This document shows positions 1-11,049 of a stretch of 64,000 nt of DNA, piece after piece. Each line of letters begins with the position of its first letter. Position 1 is the first letter of the stretch. A program made the position numbers and the translations under genes. Below the pieces are notes generated by a model. That model was given only the letters and a program-made list of their open reading frames with translations. It was not told the DNA's origin and did not search any database. The stretch is from NCBI GenBank assembly GCA_964252035.1, contig OZ176201.1; one strand, 5' to 3'. The DNA is from Podarcis erhardii. Taxonomy: Eukaryota.

Positions 1-410
1 GACTTTTATTGGAGCCGTGAAAAGGTTGTTGTCTACAGCCTGATGATGTGCTATAATTCTTTATACAGTTAATTCCCTTCCAAAACACAGCTTCCAAAAC
101 ACAGCTTATCCAGTGATTCTGGAGCAGGTACCAATTGGGTATGTTAAATGCACCTGGTAATAGTGTAAGCAGAATGAATTAGGAACTATTAGGACTCCCA
201 ACTTGGCACAGGACACCTGCTCCTCAATGTCTTTTCCTCAATATTCAGAAAAAGTCAGATAAAGATGTATCCTCATCTATGGTTTCCCTGTGATAAGCCA
301 TGGGTGTGTGTGGTCTACCAGAAGAATGATGCTTGGGCCCTGGCTGTGGCTGAACATATCCACTCCCACTACTATGTTCATATGACCAGCTGGGACCGTT
401 AGTCCAATAA

Positions 411-583
411 ACTCAAGGTGGTACATATGGTGGCCCCCATCCCCATTTTATCCCCACAAAAACCTTGTGAGGTAGGGTAGGCTGAGAGATAGTGACTGGC
501 CAAAGCTCATCCATTGAGCTTCATGATATGAATCTGATCTCCCACGTGATAGTTCAACACTAGGACCACTGTGCCACACTGGC
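411..583 (-). mobile_element. tRNA-derived SINE (Squam3-like), degraded
   Basis: cccattttatccccacaa..tgtgaggtagggtaggctgagag..gtgactggcc..accactgtgccacactggc; homologous to 48814-49066. Confidence 0.65.
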
Positions 584-2127
584 GGTCATGTGTGTCCCTG
601 TGTGTAACCTTGTGGGGTCCAATGAATAACTGGACAGGGCCATAATAATAAATGGGCCCTCTGCAAAGCTGACTAAGTGGTGATGTTCTGTGTAGATTAG
701 CCAGGGGCTAATTATGAAGGAATCCAGCAATGAAGCCACCTCAGAAGTTGCTTTTCTTAACCTGTCTCAAAGGACAGATGGAAGGAAGTTATGACTAAGA
801 CGCAAGTGGAGGCTGGTGCCCATTGGTACAGAAAGCAGGAAGGCCAAGAATAGGTGGAGCTGAAGCCAGTGAGAGATGGAGGAAACTAATTCTAGTTTTG
901 TCCCCGTTCCCCTCCCTTTTGAGTTCTACAAGGTCGATGCTGAGATTAAAGAGGAGGAAGCTTGCATGTAACGCAACCAGCACCCATGGACTGGTTGGAA
1001 GATAGAAGGCAGGCAGGTGAGGGCTGGTTGAGGGCAGATTGTGGTTGGTGGGGCAGTGCCCTTTTCTCCCTATGGGATGTGACTGTGCTGGACATGAGGA
1101 AGAAACAAGTGAGGAGTCACTCTTTCCTTACCATTGTTAGGCATCTTGTTATTGTTCCCTGTCTTGTTCTGAACTGTTCTTCAACTCAAAGCTCAACCCC
1201 AAGTTATGAGGCTACTATAAAGCTTCAGAAAATAGACTATATGGTGGTGCAGTAAATGACGGTTGTCGTGTGAGCTGGGTTAATGATGAGGCCATTGTAC
1301 AACTCCTGCCAGTGGCAAAGTCTACTTGGTGCCATACAAGCCACATCCCCCCTCCACTTCAGTGGATTATATGACCTAGTTCTGCCTCACAAATGGAGAT
1401 GATCAAAACTCATTCCCTACTACACTACTCTACTTCAGAAGCAGCCCATTTGTGGTAGCCCTGCTCCCAAACAACTGATCTAGCTTCTCTTTGGTTATGT
1501 TTCATCTGTGATTACGTGGTACGGTTAAACAACGTAATGCCACTCAATCTGCCTGCTCTTATGTTTTTCCGATGCCCGCTTGGTTTTCTTGGAAGAAAAA
1601 AAATCAATTTTTTCTTTAAACATGTAGGAAGAACTTTCCTAATGGTGCTGCTGAGCACAGCTAACCAACGCCAGCTAGTCACTCTTAGGTATTAATTAAG
1701 ATGTTGTGTGGGTTCATTAGATGGAACATCGATAGCTAAATCCATTTCTGAGGAGAGTGAAATCAATGGTGGCCTCAAAGCTACGTCAGAGTGTGGGGCC
1801 TGGGGCTATGGAACATTCCAAGGGTCAAGAAAAGCTCTTTGCAGTTCCACTTTCTCTTCCAGTTGCCTTCGTTGAATAATTATTTTCCCTTCTTCAAGGA
1901 CGTTAATTCTGAAGTAGGGATGAAGAGTTCACTCCATTTACAGTTTTCATGTATCCTTTCATAAGTCTGTTCCATCCTGCTTCCACACTGAAAAATGTTG
2001 TTTAAATCTGAATTGAATGTAAGTTGGACTAGACGTTCTAAGGGACCTCTCAACTCTGCATCTACACAACCCCAAGCAATTTATCTTGGGAAAGGGGCAT
2101 ATGAAGAATGGAATAACCATTATGTGC

Positions 2128-2501
2128 CTGGATGGCTCAGTTGGTTAGTGCGTTGTGCTGATAATGCCAAGGTTGCAGGTTTGATCCCTGTATCGGACAG
2201 CTGCATATTCCTGCATTGCAGAGTGTTGAGACTAGATCAGTGGTTCCCAACCTTTTTTTGGCCATGCCCCACCTAAGCATCTCTAAACTCCTAATACCCC
2301 CCGACTTATAATTCTTATTATTCAAAAAGCGAACTCCCATTCATGTGGAGGAAGCCTAAAAGGCCATGAACTGTTAATAACTCATTCTTGAACTGCTCCC
2401 GTTAAAAATCAAATTGCCTCTGCTGTGGGGCATGTGCCCCACATTGGGAACCATGGGACTAGATGTTCCTCAGAACCCCTTCCAACTCTACAATTCTATG
2501 A
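2128..2501 (+). mobile_element. tRNA-headed SINE with CR1-like 3' tail, interrupted by a hAT MITE
   Basis: Head ggatggctcagttggttag..ggtttgatccc (A/B boxes); tail gactagatg..cccttccaactctacaattctatgatt. Confidence 0.8.
2238..2456. mobile_element. hAT-type MITE nested in SINE
   Basis: TIR cagtggttcccaa / ttgggaaccatgg; perfect 8-bp TSD gactagat. Confidence 0.85.
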
Positions 2502-3834
2502 TTTGTAAAGCTGCTAATTAGTGAAACAGAAACTTCAGGAGCACCTAATTGTGAGTCTCCTCCATCTTGACTGGTTAGGTGGCTCTCCGTATGAGGCAGA
2601 TATTCCCATATGCTCCATGAGGGGAATGGAAACCAGGTGTAAAGATCTGGAAAGGGGCTGGTTCAGAACTAGAATGAGAAAGATAGAGCAGGGAGGGGAG
2701 AGACATGACACAGATAGCCAATAGCGCAAGTAGCTGTTTTAATTTCCAGTCAGTGTGTTATGCACATGCTGTGTAACTCCAGCTTACAAAATGAGAATGC
2801 TCATCTGTAATATCCCCCCCCCCATTTCCCCCTTTTCCAATACGATTTTCTTTTCTTTTTATATCTTGCGTGCGTCGTCGTTAGCGCTGCCTTTGTAGTG
2901 GTACGGGCTCGTCTTTCCTACAGGCGCGACGTTGCCAGGGAGAGGCACCCGGCACTGCGTGGTAATTAAAGCCTTTGTAGATCATGCATATTTTAATTAT
3001 GACTTGTTTTAATGTTGAAAGTATTGACTCAAGCTGCCCACATGAGACACAGCCACACATTCCATGAGGGCCGGCAGTGACGGCCAACACATTCCTCAAG
3101 ATCCCCAAATATTAAACAGACATTCACTCGTTTTTGAGCCTTGTCTGTTTCTAAGCATCTATAAATCAAGCTGTGTAATGGGTGTGCGGAGAGAATAGCC
3201 TCCCAGATGTTGGAAAGTTGAACCAAAGCACTAAGAGTGGCAAAAAGCGGTGGCGACACTAGAAGAGGGGGAGAAAACCCACAGGCTGTTTTGTTCAGAA
3301 TATGAGCGCACCTTGTCTTTATTAAGGGACAAGCAGAGGCTGGCTTTCCACTAACATAGCCTCCAACTTCCAGCCCGATTCCCCACAGGGATCCAAAAAG
3401 TTCTCGAGTTTCGACCTGCACAATGGCAGTGTTCTAAGCTCTGTTGAGGTTGGGGAAGGTTTGGTGTTTTTTTGGTCAGTGAAAGGGGTGTCAAATAACA
3501 CAGAAGTGCCCTAGACAAAACAAGATGTGTAGACAGGATGGAAACATCTCAAACTGACAATTACCTGATAGAGAAGGAATATGTGTCTACATAATAATAA
3601 TAATAATAATACAAAAGTTCCAGGAATGGAAAAATCCCTGCCTATGCTTCCTGCTCTTTTTTTGTTATGCTGACCAAGGTAGGAAGGATTAGATTTCAGC
3701 TGCCAAAAGAAATATCGTCTGTATGCTTCTCATTCTCGAGAAGGAGAATGCAGACACACAGACCTTTTCCAGTTCCCGTCTTTTGTATTTTTCTCTCACG
3801 TAATGCCAGTCAGCCAACGGTGGGCACCACAAAC

Positions 3835-3957
3835 CGGGGCTGCCAACTGAATGAAATATTGCGGGGGCCCAGGTAATTATTTGCATGACACAGTGCATCC
3901 ACAACATTTGAGTGGCATCAACTTTGAGAGGTCCTGGCCCCCTCAAATATTTTATCA
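3835..3957. mobile_element. Truncated hAT-like MITE fragment
   Basis: ggggctgccaact..aaatattgcgggggccc..ccccctcaaatatttt, resembling the 9742-10088 element; no second TIR seen. Confidence 0.4.
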
Positions 3958-3960
3958 TAC

Positions 3961-4294
3961 ATCATTAATCAACAGAAAGTGAAAGCAAATAAGGTGCCTT
4001 GCATAATGGCTTTGGCAAAGCCAGCTACTTTTTTAAAACTCTGAGTAAGACTTATTCTTTACATATTTTAGGGAGAATTCAAAATATTTTATTAGAAATT
4101 GCAAAAGAAAATTCTGAGAAAGCCTAAATCCCCCATAGAAAAATCTAGCTTTTTAAAAGAAATAAACTAAAATGTGAAGTAGTTTTACTAACTTCTCTTT
4201 GTACAACCAGAAGAGATATGGGCTTAGGGTACACTTGGCAAATAGACTACCAAGCTATGCTGCAGCACACAAATCAATTATTTTGCAATTCTTT
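3961..4294 (-). repeat. Inverted copy of KCNJ16 3' UTR segment 53743-54102
   Basis: Manual alignment of the reverse complement: about 17 substitutions in ~310 aligned nt plus two indel regions. Confidence 0.95.
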
Positions 4295-4295
4295 C

Positions 4296-4861
4296 TTAAA
4301 AAAAATATTTAATCGTTTTTTCGATACAAACTACAACCGCAAAAGACACTACAACAAAAACCATAATACAATGGTACCTCGGGTAACATACACTTCATGT
4401 TACTTACGCTTCAGGTTACAGATTCCACTAACCCAGAAATATTACCTCGGGTTAAGAGCTTTGCTTCAGGATGAGAACAGAAATTGTGCTCCAGCAGCGC
4501 GGCAGCAGCAGGAGGCCCCATTAGCTAAAGTGGTGCTTCAGGTTAAGAACAGTTTCAGGTTAAGAACAGACCTCCAGAACGAATTAAGTTCTTAACCCGG
4601 GGTACCACTGTAACAATAACACCATTTGACAATTCAGATTTAAATAAACTGATATACCTATGACTGCACCCTTTTAACAATATTTCCCCACCTCTCTCTC
4701 CTCCCCCCAATATTTCTGTAGATAGTCTTTAAATTTCTTCCAATCTTCTTCTACCGACTCTTCTCCCAGGTCTCGGATTCTTCCAGTCATTTCCGCCAGT
4801 TCCATGTACTCCGTCACCTTCATCTGCCATTCTTCCCGGGTGGGTAGATCTTGTGTCTTCT
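4296..4861 (-). mobile_element. L1 3' fragment (ORF2 C-terminus plus 3' UTR) with nested MITE
   Basis: Reverse strand reads KTQDLPTREEWQMKVTEYMELAEMTGRIRDLGEESVEEDWKKFKDYLQKY, typical of reptile L1 ORF2 ends, followed by an A/T-rich tail. Confidence 0.75.
4369..4610. mobile_element. Tigger/pogo-type MITE family A
   Basis: TA-flanked, TIR ca(a)tggtacctcggg / cccggggtaccactg. Confidence 0.9.
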
Positions 4862-5375
4862 ATTTATTAACATTTTAAAGACTGCAAAAGAAAGACAAAG
4901 AATTAAACAAAACAAAACAAAACAATACGATACAAAAACAAAAACACCACACAACACCAACCCCCAAACATTAAATTGACAAAACCAAACAAACACAATT
5001 TAAAACACATCTAATAATCTCTCTCAACAATACTCAACAATACTCCAGCCCAAGAATCTGTTCAACAACCTCAGCTTTTGTAGCTGGAGTCAGTCAGCAC
5101 TCCACTTTCCCAGGCCAGATGGAAAAGGGCCAGTAAGGCAGGGTGCAGGTCTTCCAGGGCTCACAGCCAAGATGGTCTCATTTAAAACAACACAGATAAA
5201 AATTAAAAACAATTTAAAAGCAGCAGCCGCAGTCCTTGTGAAGCCTGCCAAGCCCGGTGGAAAGAGGCAAGGGGGGGGGGTCCTTTCAGGGTGTGTTGAA
5301 GGTAAATGAAGCTGACCAGAAGCATTTGCTTGTTTGATTATTTAAATTTATATGCTACTTTTTCATTAAAATGAT

Positions 5376-5476
5376 GAAACAAAATAAAAAAAATTCCTTC
5401 CAATAGGACCTTAAAGACCAACTAAGTTAGTTCTAGGTATGGGCTTTCGTGTGCATGCACACTTCTTCAGATACAC
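5376..5476 (-). mobile_element. Penelope-like element terminal fragment carrying a minimal hammerhead motif
   Basis: Minus strand gtgtatctgaagaagtgtgcatgcacacgaaagcccatacc..ttagttggtctttaaggt..ggaaggaattttttttattttgtttc, recognised as a reptile PLE terminus. Confidence 0.7.
5437..5474 (-). ncRNA. Minimal type I hammerhead ribozyme-like motif, U16.1 changed to C
   Basis: GUAU-CUGAAGA-A-GUGUGCAUGCACAC-GAAA-GC-CC-AUAC: stem I GUAU/AUAC, palindromic stem II, intact CUGANGA and GAAA. Confidence 0.7.
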
Positions 5477-6130
5477 AAAATGATGATTAGAGTGATGATT
5501 AGAGTGGCTCAAAACAGAATAACAAACAATGGCAATTAATACATCCCCCCCTAACATTCAAATGCTAAATCATCTCAAAACATAGCCATTTAATTTTGTT
5601 TTGTTTTGTTTATATAGCACCTGTATCTTACAAGGATCTCAACGTGGTGTACCTGGTTCTCCTCCTCCCCATTTCATCCTCACAACAACAATCCAACATA
5701 TAACTCGGTCTGATTATTATCATAATGTTTTAAAGTCATCACAAAATTACTGGTCATTAAAACAGATCAGTTAATGACAAACATAATACACATTCTAATA
5801 GGGCTATCGTAGGCATAATCATAGGCATGTTTTATAATTTATGTTTTGGAATTTGGTGGGAGGGCAGTGCCTTGAAGCTACACTGATTCGTCAGCTCTTT
5901 GCTTTAATCAACTAATGATGAAATCCATTCCACCACCATCCTTCCCTTCAGTGTAAGGTCCCAGGGTAGACATGAGAAAGAGCATGAATGGGGGTTTGTG
6001 CGTTATGTGCAATTTGGAGCAAAGAAGTAACTAGGAGGTCAAGAGAGGGTTGGGAAAAATATGATGCACACCAAGAGTTTTGCCATGTCAGGAAACATAT
6101 ACAGTAGTATCAAGAACCTACAAAAGCAAT

Positions 6131-6500
6131 GGGGACGTGGGTGGCACTGTGGTCTAAACCACTGAGCCTAGGACTTGTCGATCAGAAGGTCAGTGGTTCG
6201 AATCCCCGCGATGGGGTGACCTCCCGTTGCTCGGTCCCAGCTTCTGCCAACCTAGCAGTTCAAAAGCACACCAAAAATGCAAGTAGATAAATAGGTACTG
6301 CTCCGACGGGAAGGTAAACAGTGTTTCTGTGTGCTGCTGTGGTTCACCAGAAGCGGCTTAGTCATGCTGAGCCACATGACCTGGAAAAACTGTCTGCGGA
6401 CAAACATCGGCTCCCTCAGCCAGTAAAGCAAGATGAGCGCCGCAACCCCAGAGTAGTTCGCAACTGGATTTAACTGTCAGGGGTCCTTTACATTTACCTT
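6131..6500 (+). mobile_element. Sauria SINE
   Basis: Head ggggacgtgggtggcactgtgg..ggttcgaatccc, conserved core, tail gggtcctttacatttacctt. Confidence 0.95.
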
Positions 6501-6691
6501 TATTTGCAAAAGCAATGTAAAATATTATTCTGCTTTTCCATAAATCCATCAGTAGGCATGGCTGGGATCAGCTGTCTGGGAATGTCTGTCTGGATAAAAA
6601 AAAATCTCTATAAGCATATGTTTTAAAACCTGTTTGGTGGAAATATTGTAAATACTTTTATGAGTTTCTAATTATGTTATTTTTTTATTTA

Positions 6692-6917
6692 CAGTCAAAC
6701 CTCGGTACCCAAATGCGTCCATTTTGGACCATTGTGGCTCCTGAACGCTGAAAACCTGGAAGTAAGTGTTCCGGTTTTTAAACATTTTTCGGAAGTTGAA
6801 CATCCGACGCAGCTCCTGCAGGAAGCTCCTGCAGCCAATTGGAAGCCGTCCCTCATTTGTCAAACATTTCGGAAGCTGAATGGGCTTACAGTACGTTCGA
6901 CAACCAAGGTTTGACTG
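6692..6917. mobile_element. Tigger/pogo-type MITE family D
   Basis: TA-flanked TIR cagtcaaacctcgg / ccaaggtttgactg. Confidence 0.85.
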
Positions 6918-7040
6918 TATTTTGAAGATTTATATATCACTTCACACCATAGCTGTGGTTCACCATTAATGAGCCATAAACACAAAACGTGCTTAAAATG
7001 CTCTTAGCATGTTGGAAAAAATTTTTTTTTAGCAGGTATG

Positions 7041-7214
7041 CAGTGCTTTTTGTTTTTTAATGTTTAGGGGTACTCTCATTTTGACTCAAGGAAATCACCA
7101 TTTTATAGTTCAAATCGGGGGAAATAAATACAATTAATGGACAAAAGTACAAAGGTTCACAAAATGTTTAGCGGTATGTGTACCCCTGCGTACCTCCCAG
7201 AAAAAAAAGCACTG
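7041..7214. mobile_element. hAT MITE (cagtgcttttt family)
   Basis: TIR cagtgctttt / aaaagcactg; TSD caggtatg/gaggtatg (7/8); homologous to 40276-40451. Confidence 0.85.
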
Positions 7215-7770
7215 GAGGTATGTATGGAGTGTCTGAAGGTTATTGTGTTCCCCCTTCTGGAGCAGCCCTGGCACTGATTAACTGTTCCATTTAATGCACC
7301 ACCCACCTCCTTAATAGTAGCTTAACCCCTTCCTTTTGCCTGCTCTGGAAATTTCCACTCCAACTTAGGGCAAACAGAGGAAAGAAAGAGGATCAAAAAG
7401 AGAGCTCTTTTGCGATGACTTTTCCCTTTAGTGACTTTTCAATAGGTAACACCAAACCAGGTATTTGTATTATGAATGGTGGTTGGATTTTTGTTTTTCT
7501 TGACCCAGGAAATCTTTCTCTTTTTCACAGTTGTTGAAATCCTAGCCTGAATGTGATCCAGTGACTTTTGTGAATATTTCAGCACACTTTTTTTTAATGG
7601 GGTGGGCATGGCGGCCTGTCACCTGATTCTCAAGATGCCAGGAGCAACCTAAGCAGATTCCTGGAGCTAGATTACAGCTGCAAATTGGGGTAAATGTTTA
7701 ACTGGGGACTTTGGAGGCTGTGGCTTTGGAGATGTCTGATCCTTAACGCAACCCTTGTTTTCTTTTACAG

Positions 7771-7809
7771 TTTTGTGATTGCAGGCATGGAGGTAGCAAA
7801 GGGACAATG
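7771..7809 (+). other. Candidate 39-nt internal exon (possibly KCNJ16 5' UTR)
   Basis: Branch-like CCTTAAC (7741-7747), polypyrimidine tract, TACAG acceptor, ATG|GTAAGT donor. Confidence 0.4.
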
Positions 7810-8514
7810 GTAAGTGGCTTCATATTTGATATCACTATTCCTGTTACATCTATAAATTTGACACCGATACCAGTGTTTTCCTGAGTGGCATTCTCTACAA
7901 AGAAACAGCAGAACATCAAAACTGTGCCAATATTCTCTCAGGGAAAAGAAGGCAATGTTTTAGAGCAGAGAAAAGGGCAAGCACCTTGACTGACATGAAA
8001 AGGTTTTGGAGGGTGTTGTTGATTTGATTTACTTGGCATCTGTAGTGATTTGTCTCTCGGAGCAAGCTGGTTGAAAGCTCTGAAGTTGAGCTCTTGCCAT
8101 TAGGAGGATCTCTCTCACCTGCAAATCGACTTTGCTCTCACAAGGAAGTTGTTGTAATCGTGGACATTTTATGGTGGGAAACAGACGCATACTGAGGAAA
8201 CATGCCTCTTAAATACATAGGATTGATTCTGAAGGAATGTGTTTCCTCTATGCACAGATACTCTTGGAGTAAATCAGTTGAGAACTGCTTGAATATGAAA
8301 TCCACATGGGTTTTTGAAAGGTTCATAATCAGGAGCAAGCAGGAAATCTAATCTAATGCAATGAAAGCAATCATAGAGAATGTGATGTGATGTTAAAACA
8401 AGGGCTTCAAGTGAGTGAGATCCTAATGGCAATGATAACATTTTCCATATGTGTTCCTCTGTAGGTATTTTTCCATGGGCAAAAATGTTCCATTGCAATG
8501 GGCGCCTAATGTTT

Positions 8515-8516
<2 letters not shown>

Positions 8517-8571
<55 letters not shown>

Positions 8572-8572
8572 C
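8517..8572. repeat. (TTTC)n microsatellite
   Basis: Direct reading. Confidence 0.95.
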
Positions 8573-8674
8573 ACTGAGGAGTGGACAGGACAGTTAACAA
8601 ACCCACACAGGCAAGCCTCAGAGCAAAAACTCTCCTCGAGAAATATTTGTGGAGAGTTAGTGGAGATCCCTATT

Positions 8675-8862
8675 CCTCAGAGTTACAATTCTTGATTCTC
8701 CATCCCTCTTCCCAGAGAAGTCTGAGAATTGTAACTCTGTGAGAGGAATAAGGGCTCCTCATGACACTCAGCACCATTAACAAACCATAGTTCCCGGGAT
8801 ACTTAACAGGGAGGAGCAATGACTCTTTAAAGTGGCATGATACTACTTTATAGTGCAGATGA
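8675..8862. mobile_element. Old palindromic squamate interspersed repeat
   Basis: Inverted arms cctcagagttacaattct / agaattgtaactctgtgagagg, then ctttaaagtggcatgatactactttatagtgcagatg; family name not known to me. Confidence 0.5.
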
Positions 8863-9361
8863 GGCCTAATTCTAATTTTGCCTGCCTTCTCCTGCCTTCT
8901 ATGAATGGCTGGCCAGAGATCTTTTGTCACCTGAGCAAGGCCAGTCCTACCATGAGGCAAAGTGATGGAGCTTCCTCAGACGGCAAATTCTGAGGCATGG
9001 ACAATGACTAGAAAGGTGTACCATGTGGCCTGCCCTGTAGCCCCTAGGCCAGATTCCTGTCATAGCATTGCTGGTGTACCAGTGAAGTGACCTGAGGTGA
9101 CCTATCTTGGGTGGCCACAGGGAGCAGGAGATCACAATCTGGCCTCAGCGCCAGCGGCTTCTAACTTGGCTTTGGGTCAGCCAAAGATACAGCCAAAACC
9201 AAAGCTAGGGAGAGCAGTAACAACGCCTCCTGGAACATCCAATTTTCACATATGCTCTCAGTGAAAAAGGGGAGTTCCTACAAAGCAGATGCATTGCTAC
9301 TGGTCTCCTTCCAACCTGGATCTGTGTTGGGAGCCATTAGTGGGACATATTGCCTCAGGCA

Positions 9362-9563
9362 CAGGGCCAGCTTAATATATTTTGGCACCTGAGGCAAACC
9401 ACAAAATGGCATCCTCTCTCCACCAGGGAAGAAGGGGTGAGTGAAGATCTACCTCAGGAACAAGGGGGCGGGGAGTAAAGCTCTACACTGGAATCTGATG
9501 CCTCTGTGGATCCTGCTGCCTGAGGTGGTCTCCTCACCTTTCCTCATGGGTGGACCATCGCTG
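9362..9563. mobile_element. Degraded hAT-like MITE
   Basis: Starts cagggccagct, ends ggtggaccatcgctg; no TSD found. Confidence 0.35.
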
Positions 9564-9741
9564 CTGCCGGTGGTGTGGTGGTTGGGGCTTCTGGGTTACA
9601 GAGGAAAGGGTTTTTGGACAGGCCTGAGCCTCAGCACCTCTCTTCTTAAACATGCATTTCAAACTTGAATAGCTCTGTAGGTCAGAAGGGGGGGGGGAAC
9701 TGAACAAAAAGCTATCTGCCCATTTAAAGCAATGTCTTCAA

Positions 9742-10088
9742 CAGGGACGCGGACTTATAAAAAATATTGGGGGGGCCCGGGAAAGCTCATGAATAATAAA
9801 TAAGCTCATGAATATGCAAATAAAGTGGCACCGCCTCCTCGTGAGCGAATAGGGGAGAGCGTGCTGCGCCTATTAATCAGCTCCAAAGGAAATTGGGTGG
9901 AGCTTTTGCTCGGGAGGGAGGGCAGGAGGCATGCAGCCCGCCCCTTCCTGTGCATTTTGGGCTGGGGGAGGGGCGGCGATGGCGCTCTGCTGGAGGGGCG
10001 CCGGAGATTATTGGGGGGGCGGAGCCCCCCCAAACGAATTTTTGAGGGGGCTCGGGCCCCCTCAAGCCCCATGGAGTCGGCGCCTATG
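9742..10088. mobile_element. GC/CpG-rich hAT MITE
   Basis: Imperfect TIR cagggacgcggact / agtcggcgcctatg; perfect 8-bp TSD gtcttcaa. Confidence 0.85.
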
Positions 10089-10997
10089 GTCTTCAACAGT
10101 TGTTGTTAAGTTTGAAAAGCCCATTAGGTTTCAGGATCTTCACTCCCATTTGTTCCCTCCTGGGTAATTACTATTGGTGTGGGAAAATCAGAAAAGTTCT
10201 TTGTAGGTCATCACTTGGCAGCTAAGGAGGTCAAGTACAACTACAAGCTAACATGGTAATCAGCATGATTTTGGGCAAAGTGGGGCAAAAATGCCTTTCT
10301 CCTCATGCACTCCTTCTGTTGTGAGCGTGAGCAACACAGAAGATGAGTTCTACTGATAAGAACTTGCCTGCTGTGACAATGACGGCTGAAGCTTTATGCC
10401 AAGGATGGATTTGGATAAATCTACTATGAATTCACAAATAAAACCCACAGGGGTAATTTTGAAAGTAATTTTTCCTTCAAAATTAAAGTAACTGTTAACA
10501 GCGAGCTTTTCTCCAACTCTTTAGAACTCTTAAAAGTCAATTAATATAGCTCAACCATCAATCTGTATTCTAGGTGAGTTGTTGGATAAATTAAACGTGA
10601 CTTAAGTTAAAGATGGTATCATACTCCTATCATTCATTAGTGCCTTAGATGGGTTCCTATTCTACTCTTTTATGACTGTTAGCACTCCACTTTCTATGAA
10701 AAGATTCAGGGCAGCAGTGAAAATCATTTCTCTTCTACCTACTTTTCTGAAAGAAAATATTCCTTTAAAGCCAATTCTGTGCATGCTTAGAGCTACTATA
10801 CAGTGTGACTCTGTCCTGGGTGTGGGGAGGATGCCATTCTCTGCAGTGCTTCAGGCTGCAAAATGTCTTAGAGCAGCCCTGCTTTGAAGCTAGAGACTTT
10901 TAGGTAGGCTTGACCTTCTAAGTCCTTTTTGTTTCTTCATGGACAATCTCTTTCCTGGGCCACCACAGTCTCACTTTATTCACATTTTCCACTGCAG

Positions 10998-11049
10998 AGC
11001 TTATAGAAATCTCCTCAGAAGCAAGCTTATAGAAATCTCCTCAGAAGCA
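10998..11049. repeat. 26-bp tandem duplication
   Basis: agcttatagaaatctcctcagaagca x2. Confidence 0.9.

Noticed and set aside
2128-2200. tRNA gene-like A/B boxes (also at Sauria SINE heads)
   Set aside because: No complete cloverleaf; continuous with SINE bodies.
4296-8000. A second, inverted KCNJ16 paralog following the duplicated 3' UTR block
   Set aside because: Homology stops at 4294; I found no Kir coding remnants or further UTR similarity on the minus strand.
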